Positions 1-11,410 of a stretch of DNA of 64,000 nucleotides are shown in pieces. The translations under genes were made by a program, and so were the position numbers. The number at the start of each line of letters is the position of its first letter. Positions within the stretch are counted from its first letter, which is position 1. The DNA is from Lama guanicoe (Eukaryota). The stretch spans positions 3,377,130 to 3,441,129 of the forward strand of contig MU054391.1 in the NCBI GenBank assembly GCA_013239625.1. The letters are read 5' to 3'. The notes beneath the pieces are model-generated. The model saw nothing but the letters and a program-made list of their open reading frames with translations, made no database searches and was not told where the DNA came from.

Positions 1-141
1 TGAGTCTTCTGTAATTCTTTCCAGTATCTTTGTTCCTAACACTCTCATAAGTTAGGCACAAGTAGACTGTATAAAAAGTCAGCTACGTGCACAATGTGCC
101 AAAGGCAGGATTACTCCTGTCTATGTGCCTGTCTGATCTAC

Positions 142-209
142 TTTTTTTTTTAAATTGAAATATCAATTGACAATGTTGTATTAGTTTCTGGAGTACACTA
201 GAGTGATTC

Positions 210-249
<40 letters not shown>

Positions 250-340
250 TATATGACATATATATATATTATATATATATATACATTTTTTCATATTCTT
301 TTTCTTTATAGTCCATTACAAGGTACTGAATACAGTTCTC
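142..340 (-). mobile_element. L1 3'-terminal fragment (artiodactyl-type 3' UTR) containing a (TA)n expansion
   Basis: Poly-T followed by aaattgaaatatcaattgacaatgttgtattagtttctggagtac...ttacaaggtactgaatacagttc, the reverse complement of an L1 3' end. Homologous to the pieces at 31186 and 63199. Confidence 0.8.
212..283. repeat. (TA)n microsatellite, interrupted
   Basis: Seen directly. Confidence 0.95.
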
Positions 341-667
341 CATTCTTCACCCACTGAGGTACTCGGGTAAAGAGGTGCATTTGCGTTCTTCATCTAACCA
401 ACATCAGGGCCTGCTTTTACCTTTTTCACCTCTTAACAGGGCAATCGTGAACCAAGTCTCCCATTTTTGTCCTAGTGATGTCATCTTTAAGAGCTCTAGC
501 TTCCCTACCTCCTGGAACCTCTCCTTGGGACTGAACCAGGCAGAGCTCACCACCGTGAATGCGGCCAAGGACTAGGACACTCATTGGTCTTCACGTGAGG
601 TGAAGCTGAAAACCAAAATCCAGGTGAAGGAGACACTGAAAGTAATTTCCCTGTGAGCATATATATG

Positions 668-2848
668 TTATTTTTTCCTCCCAGCCAGCAGAGTCCTGTC
701 ACACCGAATTCTCTGTTCTCCAGATGCCTTGGGAATCCTCACTCCCGATACCAGTAGAGGTCTTGTGTCAAGGAAGAAAAGTGAAAAGGGAGCATTACAG
801 AATTCACTCGAATTTGCCAGAGGAAAGGCAATGACTGTTAGGGTTTGGCCAGAAGGGTGCTCGATTTCTTCATCTGTGGTGATTAACTGTTCCAGGAACA
901 GCTCTCTCTGACGTCAGAGAGCTCCTTGCCTAGAGAGCCAATGCAACAGTGAGAAAGGAGTTCCATTCATCTAAACAAACAGGCGCGTGTGCAGAAAAAG
1001 GCCAGAGGCGCACACGCTTCATTCCTACGTGCGTGAGGGTTCCCGCCCCCGGCAGACGCCCCTCCTGCCTCTGACCCACGTCCAGTCTGCTCTTCCTCAC
1101 GGGCACGGCTCTTGCAGAAGGACTCTGCTCTGTTAACCTCCACGTCTCCCTGTTTCAGTACATCTCTCCCAGCGCTCTGGTGCTTGTGTTCTTATGGACT
1201 GAACGTTTGTGTTTTCCCTGGTGTTCATATGCTGAAGCCTAACCCCAGGGTGGCTGCACTTGAAGACGGAGTCTCTAAGGAAGTAGTGAAGGTTAAATGA
1301 GATCATAAGAGTGGGGCCTGATCTGAAAGGACTAGTGTCCTTATAAGAAAAACACCAGGAAATTCTCTCTCTCTCCGTGCGCGCACAGTGGAGGTCATGT
1401 GAGCACACAGAGCTGAGGCTGCCTGCAGGCGGAGAGGATGAGAGGAGAGACCTCAGGATGAAACCCACCTTGCCAGCACCTTGATCTTGAGCCTCTAGCC
1501 TCCAGAAATGTGTGAAAGGAATTCTGTTGTCTAAGCCACCTGCCCGGCAATACTTTGTCATGGCAGCTTGAGCAGACTACAAATTGGGTCAAAAAATGGA
1601 ATTGTTCTGATTCTGATTTCTGTACTTTTTTTAGACCTAAAATTATGCTTCACAGCCAATATCCAAATGCAAAAATATATCATACACCAATGCACATAGT
1701 TAACGTTGTTTTTGCAAATAATTTTATCATTATTTTTATAGTATCTTGAAATTAGTATAATCTTGGCCTTGGTCAATTGGTATAATCGTGGCCTCTCAGA
1801 GTTACAATTTTTTTAAAATATTTTTGTCATGAAGCAGTACTGGTATTTGATCAACCAAATATGACATTTATTTTTGATGGATAAAATAAAAAATGACAAA
1901 AATCTTACTAAAAGATAAGAGGTTAGAGACGGGTAGCCAGGTTGAAGACGAGAGCCTTATCTGGGAGAAATGAGTGTTCGTAATACATGGCATAGACTTT
2001 AAATAACTACTCATGTGGGAACGATAAAAGGGAGAGAAATTGCTTCAAAAATTCAAGGCTGAGCTACTGGGAGGACGCTGCCACCCCCGGGAGAGAACCG
2101 TGACTGTAGAACGTGGTGTGTGTGTGTGCTGGAGGGAGGGGGGCGTTTGGGAGGGAGAGCTAATTTCAGGGGAAATTGCCAGTAAACGGGTGGAGATGTG
2201 ATACTGACACTCAGTGCAAGTTATCAAGGATGGAGCTGGAGATTGGCAGTAGGAGGGCTCATCATTTGTTGTTGTAAAAGGGGAAAAATCAGAGGAAATA
2301 AAGGAAGAAGCATTGGAGAAGTTTGGTGAGACCTGACCCCTAGTGAGAAAGGGAACACAGTTCAAAGGGGTAAATCATCAACCAAAACCAAGACAAGTGT
2401 TCAAAGGAAGAACGTGTGGGGTACAGAGGCCAAGACAGTGAGAGCGAAGAAGAGCTATTTGACTGGGCAGTCCATCCATCACTAGCGCCTGGAGAATGCG
2501 GACGCGACCAACGTGTGGGTCTCCAGATGACTATTTATGCAAAATGCACACTTGTCCCCTGGAGTCACCAATGAGACAACCCTGACAATACGTGGCGGAA
2601 ATCACACGGCAAAGAATTTATCATGAAACATGAGTAACTTAGGTGTGGGCTATGATTTGGAGACATTTGGTGATTTTTTTTTTTTAATGGAAGCAAGAAG
2701 GGAAAGATGACTCAGGATAAATACAAAATTCTTTTAAGCTGTGCAGAGAGAAATGCAGAGTTAGACATTAAATTCTTAAGAGCAAAAAAAAAGTGTAGAA
2801 TTTTCAACACAAATTCTAACATATGGTGAAATAATATATGTGTGAGTG

Positions 2849-2880
<32 letters not shown>

Positions 2881-3176
2881 ACCTATATCTGTCGAAAATA
2901 TTTCAACATTTACAATGTTCCTTTGAAAAGTCTTGTCCCTTTTAGGTACATTTCAGAGTCTTCCAGTTTCAATATTTTAAATTCAAGCCATTGCCGATAC
3001 CATGGTACAAAGACCAAATGTCTTACAAAAGCATCATGGAGAAAGCTAAGTGGGCAAAGAACTATCCTTGGACTGAAATGTTACTTTTTTTGATTCTTTC
3101 TCTAATTAATAATCAATATAAAAATCAAATTACTTACATGTATAGGGCAACTCATGTTTCCAAATAATCAGAAATT
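668..3176 (-). pseudogene. Speculative decayed multi-exon coding remnant (candidate exons 3176-3138, 3045-2914, and 929 downward); product unknown
   Basis: AG/GT-bounded segments with phase-2 junctions join into one frame with two TGA stops. No protein family recognised. See findings. Confidence 0.25.
1190..1581 (+). mobile_element. MaLR solo LTR (MLT1A-like)
   Basis: Hallmark motifs ttatggactgaacgtttgtg, ggttaaatgagatcataagagtgggg, gtgtccttataaga, accttgatcttg..ctagcctccagaa, tactttgtcatggcagc..gcagactaca. Confidence 0.9.
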
Positions 3177-4264
3177 CTATTAAATACAAATATATGAGAA
3201 CCTACAAAGACAGTACCTTTCCGACTTTCAGATGAATCGGGTCTGAACAGAATGTGGAGGACACGTATGTACTTTAACAAGGACCACATTATTAGATTTT
3301 CTGAGTCTTCTTAATCTGATCATGCCTTCATGTCAGTGACTGTCAGACACTAGTGCATTGTGTCCGTGATCCCATTTTCAGGGTCTAAGAGATCTATGTG
3401 GCGTTTACCTTTAGAAAAGAGAAAAAGCTCTTCCTGGGAAAAAGTAGCTCTGTGAGCCAGCTGCCTTTCAAGTCAAAACAGAAGGGATTGTTTTCAGGCT
3501 GCACAGATAACAGGCTTCCAATTTTTCCCTTTCTTCTGGTGGCTCTGCCAAATAGCACTTAAGTGATACAAAGAGTTTCTCCTGGGCTGTATTACCTTGA
3601 AATGAATAAAACTCAAAGCATTATTGTAAATGACAGAGATGTTCTGATTTTGGTAGCAGGAGGGCTTCAATGTGGAAGAACAAGAGAGTAATAATGGTAA
3701 CATGAGAGGGCTGGCCATAAAGAATGAAGAATCTAGCTGAAGAAGCTAGTAAATAATTGTGTGAGAGAGGGACACGTTAGTGAGACAAAGGAAGAATTGC
3801 ATTGGCTGAGTCACCTCAGATCTCAAGGGTAAATCATTACCATCAGGCCCCTCTCAGTGTATAATGGACCCAGCCTGCTTCAAGTCCAGGCAAGCCAGAA
3901 AGAATGCCTCTAAAATCCATTTATTATGGGTTCATACATCCCCAGGTCACATTTGCTCAGCTCTCGTCCTTGCATAGAATGGATGCTTAGCTACTCCTGC
4001 TCATAGCACCCTCCAATCTTCCCTGCTTGCCCTTTTCTGTGTCTTGTCTTTATGACAATGACACACTTACCCATCCATTACCTTCTCGGCAGGCTGACAT
4101 TCAAGGCATGCATGTTATGCAGCACTAACTTGCTCTTGGTTTCATCCCGTACAGGGCCAGTTTGCTTTCGTCTTCCTGCTCGTACTCTCCACTCTGTTCC
4201 CTGTCTCCCACTCTGAATCAGCAAGTCATCTTGATTTTTGTATTTTTTTGTTTGTTCTTTGATT

Positions 4265-4500
4265 CTAGTTTTATTGAAATATAGTTGACATACAGCTCTG
4301 TATTACTTTAAGGCATACACCATAATGACTGGACATACATATATTGTTAAATGGTTACCAAAACAAGTCTAGTTAGCATCCTTATAGAGTCAAAAAAAGT
4401 TTAGTTTTTCCTTGTGATGGAAACTTTTGGATCTACTCTTTTTTTTAGCAGCTTTTAAATCTACCACAGCCCAGTGTTATCTGTAGTCCCAAAGCTGTAA
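4265..4500 (-). mobile_element. L1MA-like 3' end fragment
   Basis: ttttattgaaatatagttgacatac...ccttgtgatggaaacttttggatctactct resembles the reverse complement of an L1MA9-like 3' UTR. Confidence 0.75.
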
Positions 4501-4899
4501 AAATGAACTGGCGACCAGTTCAAATTGGAGAACAAGCTGTCAAAGGCCAACATACGAGGGAAAATGGACCCTGTCATCAGGTCAGGAGTGTCCACCTCTA
4601 AGTGGTCGCAGATTGTCATTTTACCAGGTGACATGGTTGCACACACCACCTATGGAGGCCTGCCCAATCGTCACGTGTTCCTAGAAAGTGGGAAAAGAGA
4701 AAGTTATTTAATATATAAAATAGTAAAATAGTTATGTGTGTCAAGCGCTGATCTGAAACGGCTTATATTTTTGCGTGAGAGTGTGCAGTGTGTCTAGTAC
4801 TTCAGCACACAGCAGGGCGGCTTATAGACGTGTGATACTATGAACTCCATCTTCGCTAGTGGGATCCAATACCTTTATGATAAAAATAGCATAAAAGCG

Positions 4900-5490
4900 G
4901 TAATAACCAGCACTATGTGTCAGGATGTGCCATAGGCTTTTCGTATTTCATCTCTAGAACCTTCCAGCCATCATCCAGAGTCCTGTGGGTGTGAAAATTG
5001 TGGCACAGAATAATGTAGCAACTTGTCTGAGAGCAGGACGTTAGTAAGAAACTAACTACTGTCTCAGTTTGCTCAGGCTGTCAGAGCAACAAAATACCGT
5101 GGACAAGGGACACGTCTCACGGTTTTGGAGGCTGGAAGCCCAAGGTCAGGTTGGGTCTCCTGAGGCCTCTGTCCCTGGGCATCGTCTCTCTCCATCCTTA
5201 CACGGTCTTTTCTATGTGCTCAGAGCCCCGTGGTGTCTCTTCCTCTTGTTATAAGGAAACCAGTCACATTGGGTTAGAGCCCATATCAACAGGCTCCTTT
5301 TAAATTAATTACCACTTTAAAGGCTCTACGTCCACATAACGTCACATCCCGAGGTCCTGAGGGTCAGGGCTCCAGCACACAAATCTGAGGGTTTGGGGGG
5401 ACTTGAATAGCCCATAACAGTGTCCACGCTGAAACTCAAACCTGGTGTTAGTCTAAAACTCGTGTGTTTTCCCCATCACACCCTCTGCTC
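4900..5490 (-). mobile_element. MIR SINE split by the MLT1 insertion at 5060-5419
   Basis: MIR core (gaaaattgtggcacaga...aacttgtctgag...ttagtaag) stops at 5059 and resumes at 5420 (gctgaaactcaaacctgg). Confidence 0.6.
5060..5419 (-). mobile_element. MaLR solo LTR (MLT1B-like)
   Basis: TG..CA ends (tgtctcagtttgctc...gcccataaca), ctcacggttttggaggctggaagcccaag, ttataaggaaaccagtcacattgg. Confidence 0.88.
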
Positions 5491-6492
5491 TATGAAGGGA
5501 AGCAAACCTGCGGGTCACCGTCTCCATCCCCGGAAATCTTCCCAATCAGCAGAGAAGGGAAACAAGTTAACTTTAATGCAAAACAAAATAAAACCGCAAT
5601 TAAACAAGAGCATTCAGCAGACAGTGTGCACAGTGAGTCAAAGTATTGCCTCTGAAATCAGGGTACTTGAGTTCAAATCTCAGTTCTGGGATTAATGTCA
5701 GATACAAGTAAAGTGAGGGTCAGATCATGCATTCAAAAGCGATGTGTTGAGAGCCTCCGTTGCGCTACGCATTGTTCCAGCCTCTCAGGCTACGTTACAC
5801 CATTGTAAGTGACTATTCAAATACTGCTCAGAAAATAAATGAGATGATTTGTACAAAAATGCCTAATGTTTTCTGTTATCCTTATGCAAGTTCTATGTAG
5901 GTGGTCAAAACTAGCTGATTTGAAGATTTGTTTTTTACTATAGTTAATTGGTTATGGACTCCAGTATTAGGTTTAGGGTGTTTATTTTTAATTCAATAAT
6001 TCCTTCAAAGAAAGAATAGAATATTCACATTAAACAAAAATTGGAGCGTGGGACTGACCAAAGCATTGGAGGAAAGTTTTTGCTCAAGGAGCTTTTAAAC
6101 ATATATCAAGACAGACTTAAAATTTGGTTCCAACTGAAGAAAAGAAGAATTTATATAAAGACAGCTTAAATCCTGGCTCCAACTGTAGAAGAATTTGAAG
6201 AGACTTACGGAGGCTCAAGCCATCCAGCACAGTATACAAGTGAGTGGCACTGCACAGCCTTCCAAAGACATGTAGACAGACAGACAGATAATCCATTTTG
6301 AAACAGACCCCAGGATTAATGTGAAAGGGGTGTGTCTCACTGGGTCACACTTTGAGGGGCAGAGTAACCACATTTTCTATGATTTTCAGGATGTGAGACA
6401 GCAGACAGGTTCCCAGAATTTCAGCTAAGACCACGGAGCCCAGAAGCTCTGCACGGCATTCAAGTCAGCCATCTATTAAAGCACGCTCCATC

Positions 6493-6506
6493 GTTGTCAT
6501 GGCAAC
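6493..6506. promoter_or_regulatory. RFX X-box motif
   Basis: GTTGTCATGGCAAC is a 13/14 match to the palindromic X-box GTTGCCATGGCAAC. A CACGTG E-box lies at 6521-6526. Function untested. Confidence 0.55.
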
Positions 6507-7789
6507 ACCCTCATTCTCCCCACGTGAAGTATGCTGCTTTCTTCTGGCTGGAAGTGTTCACTTGATGTCTATTGGGAGGGTGTGATTTCTGTTGGAATAT
6601 GCTGTTAGAAGGGCCAGAATTGGAATTCATCAAGCTTCCTTGGAGATTTCAGTGCACAGACCTGCATTCAGGTAGCACACATCAGGCTTTTGGGGCCCTC
6701 CTCTTACGGCAGCCAGAGACTTGTCACATGTCTTCAGAAGCTTTTATTTCTCCTTTTAGGAGAAATTATTTAAAAAAGAGCTGATTCAAAGCCCAAGAGT
6801 CTAACATTGTCAGCCTTGCTCTTAATCCTTAGATGACCAGGTCATCCAGTTCCCGTTAATTAGGCTTCTACAGTTTTATGAAAAATAAGGCTTTATGATG
6901 CTGGCAAAGGAGTCCCTAATGTATTTACCTGGAAATGGTGATCTATTCTTATTCTTTAAACTCCCATCAGGGACTAGATTTCTTTTCCTGACAGAGAGCT
7001 ACTCTGTGCTGGTCACCATAGCTGAAACTCTGTGTGATGCCACGGGACTCAGGGGTGCTGCCCATTTGTCCCCTCTGAATGCTTCCTTATCTGCCCAGCC
7101 TCCTCCAACATCACACTCGGAAAAATTGATCATCCAGGAAAAACGAACTTTACTCAAAAGCAAACAGAAATCAAAGAGGATTTTGCCTGAGTCCTTTTAA
7201 TTACTGGATATATACTAAAATAAATTGGTCAAATGATATAGGAATGAACACCATAAAAATAAAACAAAACAATTAAGAAGTTTCCATGTAGCAAATAAAG
7301 ATCTCATAGCTCTGAACTCAAATAATTAAACAAAATATTCACTTCTGTAAAGTCAGAGCTGAAATCAAAGATGCATCATTGCTTCTGAGGTTTTCTGTAG
7401 GATTTTTATATAAAATCATAGAACTTTTATGTATAACCCTTCCCCTTCTAGTCTTCTGAGATTTTTTTTAATGTTGACTTTTATTAAATACTTTATTCTG
7501 CCTCTCTTGAAATCTTCATGTAATTTTCCATCTTTTATTCCACTATATGAACTTGCTGATGAGATTTTCGGATGCTGAAATGTCTTATTATGGTTTTATA
7601 AACAGTTTAATTTAGTTAGGTAATATTTAGTTAGTCCATATATATTATACATATATAAGCAGTTTCTTGCTGTAAGGTCTATTTAGACCATTTTTAAATT
7701 TTCACACTTTTTTTTTCATTTGATTCAAGTTTGAAAAATTTTCCTCATCTACTTCATTCAATCTTTCTGTTTCTCTGGAGAGTTTTGGC

Positions 7790-7824
7790 AGAAAATAAAT
7801 TATTGGGGTATATATATATATGTG

Positions 7825-7856
<32 letters not shown>

Positions 7857-8450
7857 TAGATATACATACACACAAATTGTAGTAAGGAATAATGACGTGT
7901 CATAAGATGAAGTATTTTTCAGTAAATGTCACAGTGAGTGTAGTTCTTGTAACCACAACAACGTTCACAATACCTCCCATCACCCAAAACGTTCTTTCAT
8001 GTGTCTTTGCTGTCAGACTTCCTCTGTCTCCAATTCCAGGCAACCACTCATTTGCTTTCTGTCTCTGTGGATTGGCTCTGTCTTTTGTTGAATTCCATTG
8101 CAATGGAATCATGTAGCATTCACTTTTTATATCTAACTCCTTCTGTTTAGCTTGGTGATCTTGGAATACATCCACGTTGTTATATGTATTGATGATCTGT
8201 TCATTTTCTTTGCTGTATAGTGTTCCAGTGCATGGATGTACTGCATTCTGTTTATCAGTTTACCTATCGATAGACATTAGAATTGTTTCCAATTTTTGAC
8301 TATTGTGACTAAGTCTGACATAATCATCCACATACAAATTGTTGTGTGGTGTGTGGACATGGTTCTACTTCTTACAGGTAATGACCTTGAAGAGGTTTTT
8401 TGGTTTGTGTGTTAATTTAACTCTATAAGAAATGGATAGATTATTTTTGT
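7790..8450 (-). mobile_element. Old L1 (L1MB/L1MC-like) 3' end with internal (TA)n(CA)n repeat
   Basis: ccaggcaaccactcatttgctttctgtctctgtgg, aatggaatcatgtagc, atccacgttgtt, ttgtttccaatttttgactattgtga. Confidence 0.85.
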
Positions 8451-9255
8451 GATCTTTCTAGAGCATCCCTTAGACAGTTTTCTGGCCTTTCTATTCTCTC
8501 CCAATTCTGTTCTCAAAAGTAGGATCACCTCCTGCATCTACTTTAACTTTTCATTTCTGTATTTTTATTTATTTTTGCTATTCTAACTCTTTTTCTTTCT
8601 CTATGCCTTTAGGAACTGTTTGATCTAGTCTTGTAAGTCATTCATTTGATTTTTAGCCATATCGCTTTTAATGGACCCAACTATTAATGTTTTTATTTTA
8701 ATTATATTTTTAGACATACTTAATAACTACTTTGTAATTACTTGTTCTTGCTTCAAATATAAGGTATTTTCCCTAAGAAAGTTGACTGTAAATTCCTAAT
8801 CTCTCTGCTTTCATATTTATGCTATGTCTGGAATAAGGTGTTCAGTTAGTGGTCTCAAAATGTCTTCTTATTCATCTTTGTGAGCTTGTATTCGCCTGGT
8901 ATTTGCAGACGCCTTGGCTGAAGATGTGTGACTGGGAGGGAACGATGCTGGCCAGGTCCTCCCCTGTGTCCTTTCTGGTCTGGACCAGGTAACATGCAGG
9001 TAAACACCTCACACAGAGAGTCCCTGGAATCATCACCTGCTCCCCCGACCTGCTCTGCTCTGTTCAGAGTCCTCCCATTTGTAACCAAGCCTTTCTTGAT
9101 GGATTGAGGCTGCTGGTATTGAGGAGCAAATGCTCAGAAGCTGACAGGAGATTATCTCAACTTTGTCTCTCTTTTTAGCCTTAAAATAGTGATAAAGTGG
9201 TCAGTGAGCACCCCAGGTGACATGGGAAGAGAAAGCGATCCACTTAAAAAGTGTT

Positions 9256-9345
9256 TCCCCCCCCCTTTTTTTTTTAATGGAGGCACTGGGGACTGAACCC
9301 AGGACCCTGTAAGCTTGTGCTCTACCACTGAGCTCCACCCTCTCT
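9256..9345 (-). mobile_element. tRNA-Ala-derived camelid-type SINE (Vic-1-like)
   Basis: ttttaatggaggcactggggactgaacccaggacc...ctctaccactgagct. Candidate TSD cttaaaaagtgtt (9243) / cttgaaaagggtt (9346). Confidence 0.85.
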
Positions 9346-9734
9346 CTTGAAAAGGGTTCTCTCACCCATCTCCCCACTGTGGCTTTCAGCACCATTCAGC
9401 CCTCGACACACACTCACACCAGAATCGGGAGCTTTTATATATAATTCTATTTAGTTTGTTGTGTTTTAATTGATCAACACTCTCTTTCTGTGAAATCTTC
9501 AGAACTGAATTAGAGAGAAGACGAGGGCAAGTCCAGTTTGACCTTTTTGCAATATACAAGCAGATTTCTTTAATTCTTTCTTCATTGTTGGACTAGTAAT
9601 TATTTTAGATATTACATTATGATAAGATAAGCTTCAAATCACTTCCATTTTCATGAGCAATTTCTTTGCCTGCCTCCTTTTTTTTTCTTTCTATGTTGTC
9701 CATAAAACGACCCAAATTGCACTGTTTCTTTTCT

Positions 9735-9900
9735 TTAATGTTTACCATCTATTGTAAAGGATACAGATGAACAGCCGTGTGAAGGGGTACCTAGGGTGAG
9801 GTCCGCAGAGGGCCTGAGTGCAGGAGCCTCTGTCCGCATGGGACCGGGTCGAGCCGCCCTCCCAGCAAGCGGACGTGTTCACCAACCCAGAAGCTCCTGC
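9735..9900 (-). mobile_element. MER21-like LTR fragment (ERVL)
   Basis: taaaggatacagatgaacagcc...gcaggagcctctgtcc...gtgttcaccaacccagaagctc matches the recalled MER21 consensus. Confidence 0.8.
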
Positions 9901-10080
9901 TCTGGGTTCTTCATTCAAAACCTGGTTTCAAGACCTGCCCCTGTCACTGTAACCGTGTGACCCAAGTGTGAAATAATAACCACGTGTGAGTTCCACAGGT
10001 ACCCAGCCTCTCCTTTATAACATGGGAATAACAGTACTGACTCATTTAATTGCTTTGATGAAATAATACAATGCATCGGA

Positions 10081-10500
10081 TGTTGTGAACTGCCAGGCAG
10101 AGCTCCGAGATGAAGGCATTCGTTTTCCCAGCTACGGGAGAACTGGAGGCTCGTTGCTGACTGGTCAGCACCTCTTCGGGAACTGCCCTTGCCCAACAGG
10201 CATTGTCTCCCCCAGGCTGCAACTGCTCCCCGGGAGTAGGCTGTGTCCAGTGGCTGGTCTCTGGGGTCTAAATGTCTGGTCCCTTGCCTAGTCTTGGGAC
10301 AACTCTCTGGACCATCCGGTTGCAGATCTGGCTTCTTGATTAGCTGGGGTCTCTGTTGCAGGGGTCTCTCTGCTCAACATGCCTTCTGTCCGCAGTGCGT
10401 CCCTGGCTCCCTACGATTCTGTTCCTGAAAGCCCAGCCCCAAAATGTCTTGCACAAAAGTCTCTTCTCTTCAAGTCATTTTCTGGGGAGCCAGACAGAAG
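10081..10500 (+). mobile_element. LTR16A-like solo LTR (ERVL)
   Basis: Collinear with the recalled LTR16A consensus: cccagctacgggag, cgggaactgccct, cccttgcc..gggacaactct, ctctgttgca, ttgcacaaaagtctc..tttctggggagcc. Confidence 0.8.
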
Positions 10501-10544
10501 CTGGAGGTTTGTAAATATCAAAGTGCGGCACATTAAAGAGGCAG

Positions 10545-11335
10545 CGTCGCCTCCGGAGCACCGGATGACGCGCGTCCGAAACAGAGGCGCGGAGGCTGCG
10601 CGCGCGGCGGGAGACGAGCCGTGAGGGGCGGTGGCTGCGGGGCCCGCGGACGGGGCGGGGCTCCAGGGGCGCGAAGCGTGGCTTCCAGCCTGAGGTAAGC
10701 TGACGGCCTAGAGGCGCAGAACAGAAGGCAACCCGCGTGTTCCCAGCCCGGAAACGGCAGTTCTGGCCCCGCCTACAGTTACTTGGAGTATCTGGCAAGA
10801 CGGTCTTTAAGCAAGACTGAGATCACTTAATTCATGGCTTCAAATCTGAGCTGACAAGGCCTGGACAGGACCCTGCAATGGTTCCTTTGGGCAGAGCCCC
10901 CCCACCCCACCCCCCGACCTCGGCTGAACCACGGACACCGTCGTTTTCACTTTAAATGCCCAACGCAGCACACAGTGCCCGTCGGAGCCGCACCGCGGGC
11001 CCTCTGTGTGGCCCGCCGTCCACGCCGACGCGCGCGCAGTGTCTGCGGGAGGCAGCGCCGAGCGGGAAGCCCGGCCGTGCGAGCGTCCGGGACCACGGCG
11101 CGATCAGCCAACACTTGGCTGAGGCAGGGCCGATCTGTTTTTGAATCCCGTGAGTGTGCCTGTATCAGTAGAGATCGGCGGTGACGGGAAGCATTTGCTG
11201 CGACTCGGCGACATGCTTGAACGCCTGGGTCAGAACGGGGCGTGACCACTAAGCGCGGCTGGCCGCGGTGCCCGACACGCCAGCCCGGCCGGGTCCGCGA
11301 AGGACCCGGGTGCCGGGGGCAGAAGAGCGCGGGCA
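10545..11335. promoter_or_regulatory. CpG island / putative promoter
   Basis: Dense CpG and high GC in two blocks (about 10545-10780 and 10900-11335), GC box GGGGCGGGG near 10652, GCGCGCGC, and plus-strand donor-like sites GAG|GTAAGC (10695) and CCC|GTGAGT (11150). Confidence 0.75.
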
Positions 11336-11337
11336 TC

Positions 11338-11410
11338 TTCTTCCTCTCCTTCCTTCCTTCCTTCCTTCCTTCCTTCCTTCCTTCCTTCCTTCCTTCCTTC
11401 CTTCCTACCT
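11338..11410. repeat. (TTCC)n microsatellite
   Basis: Seen directly at the 3' edge of the CpG island. Confidence 0.95.

Noticed and set aside
1133..1561. 142-aa ORF
   Set aside because: Lies within an MLT1 LTR; chance frame.
2883..3045. Apparent RGS-like motif in the candidate exon
   Set aside because: The resemblance requires an unsupported frameshift in the A-run near 2941.
3217..3408. 192-nt minus-strand exon-like segment ending VLHILFRPDSSESRKG, reminiscent of a CUB-domain tail
   Set aside because: It has three in-frame stops and no upstream CUB cysteine/aromatic pattern, and its donor would leave only about 40 nt before the next acceptor. Too weak to call a domain.
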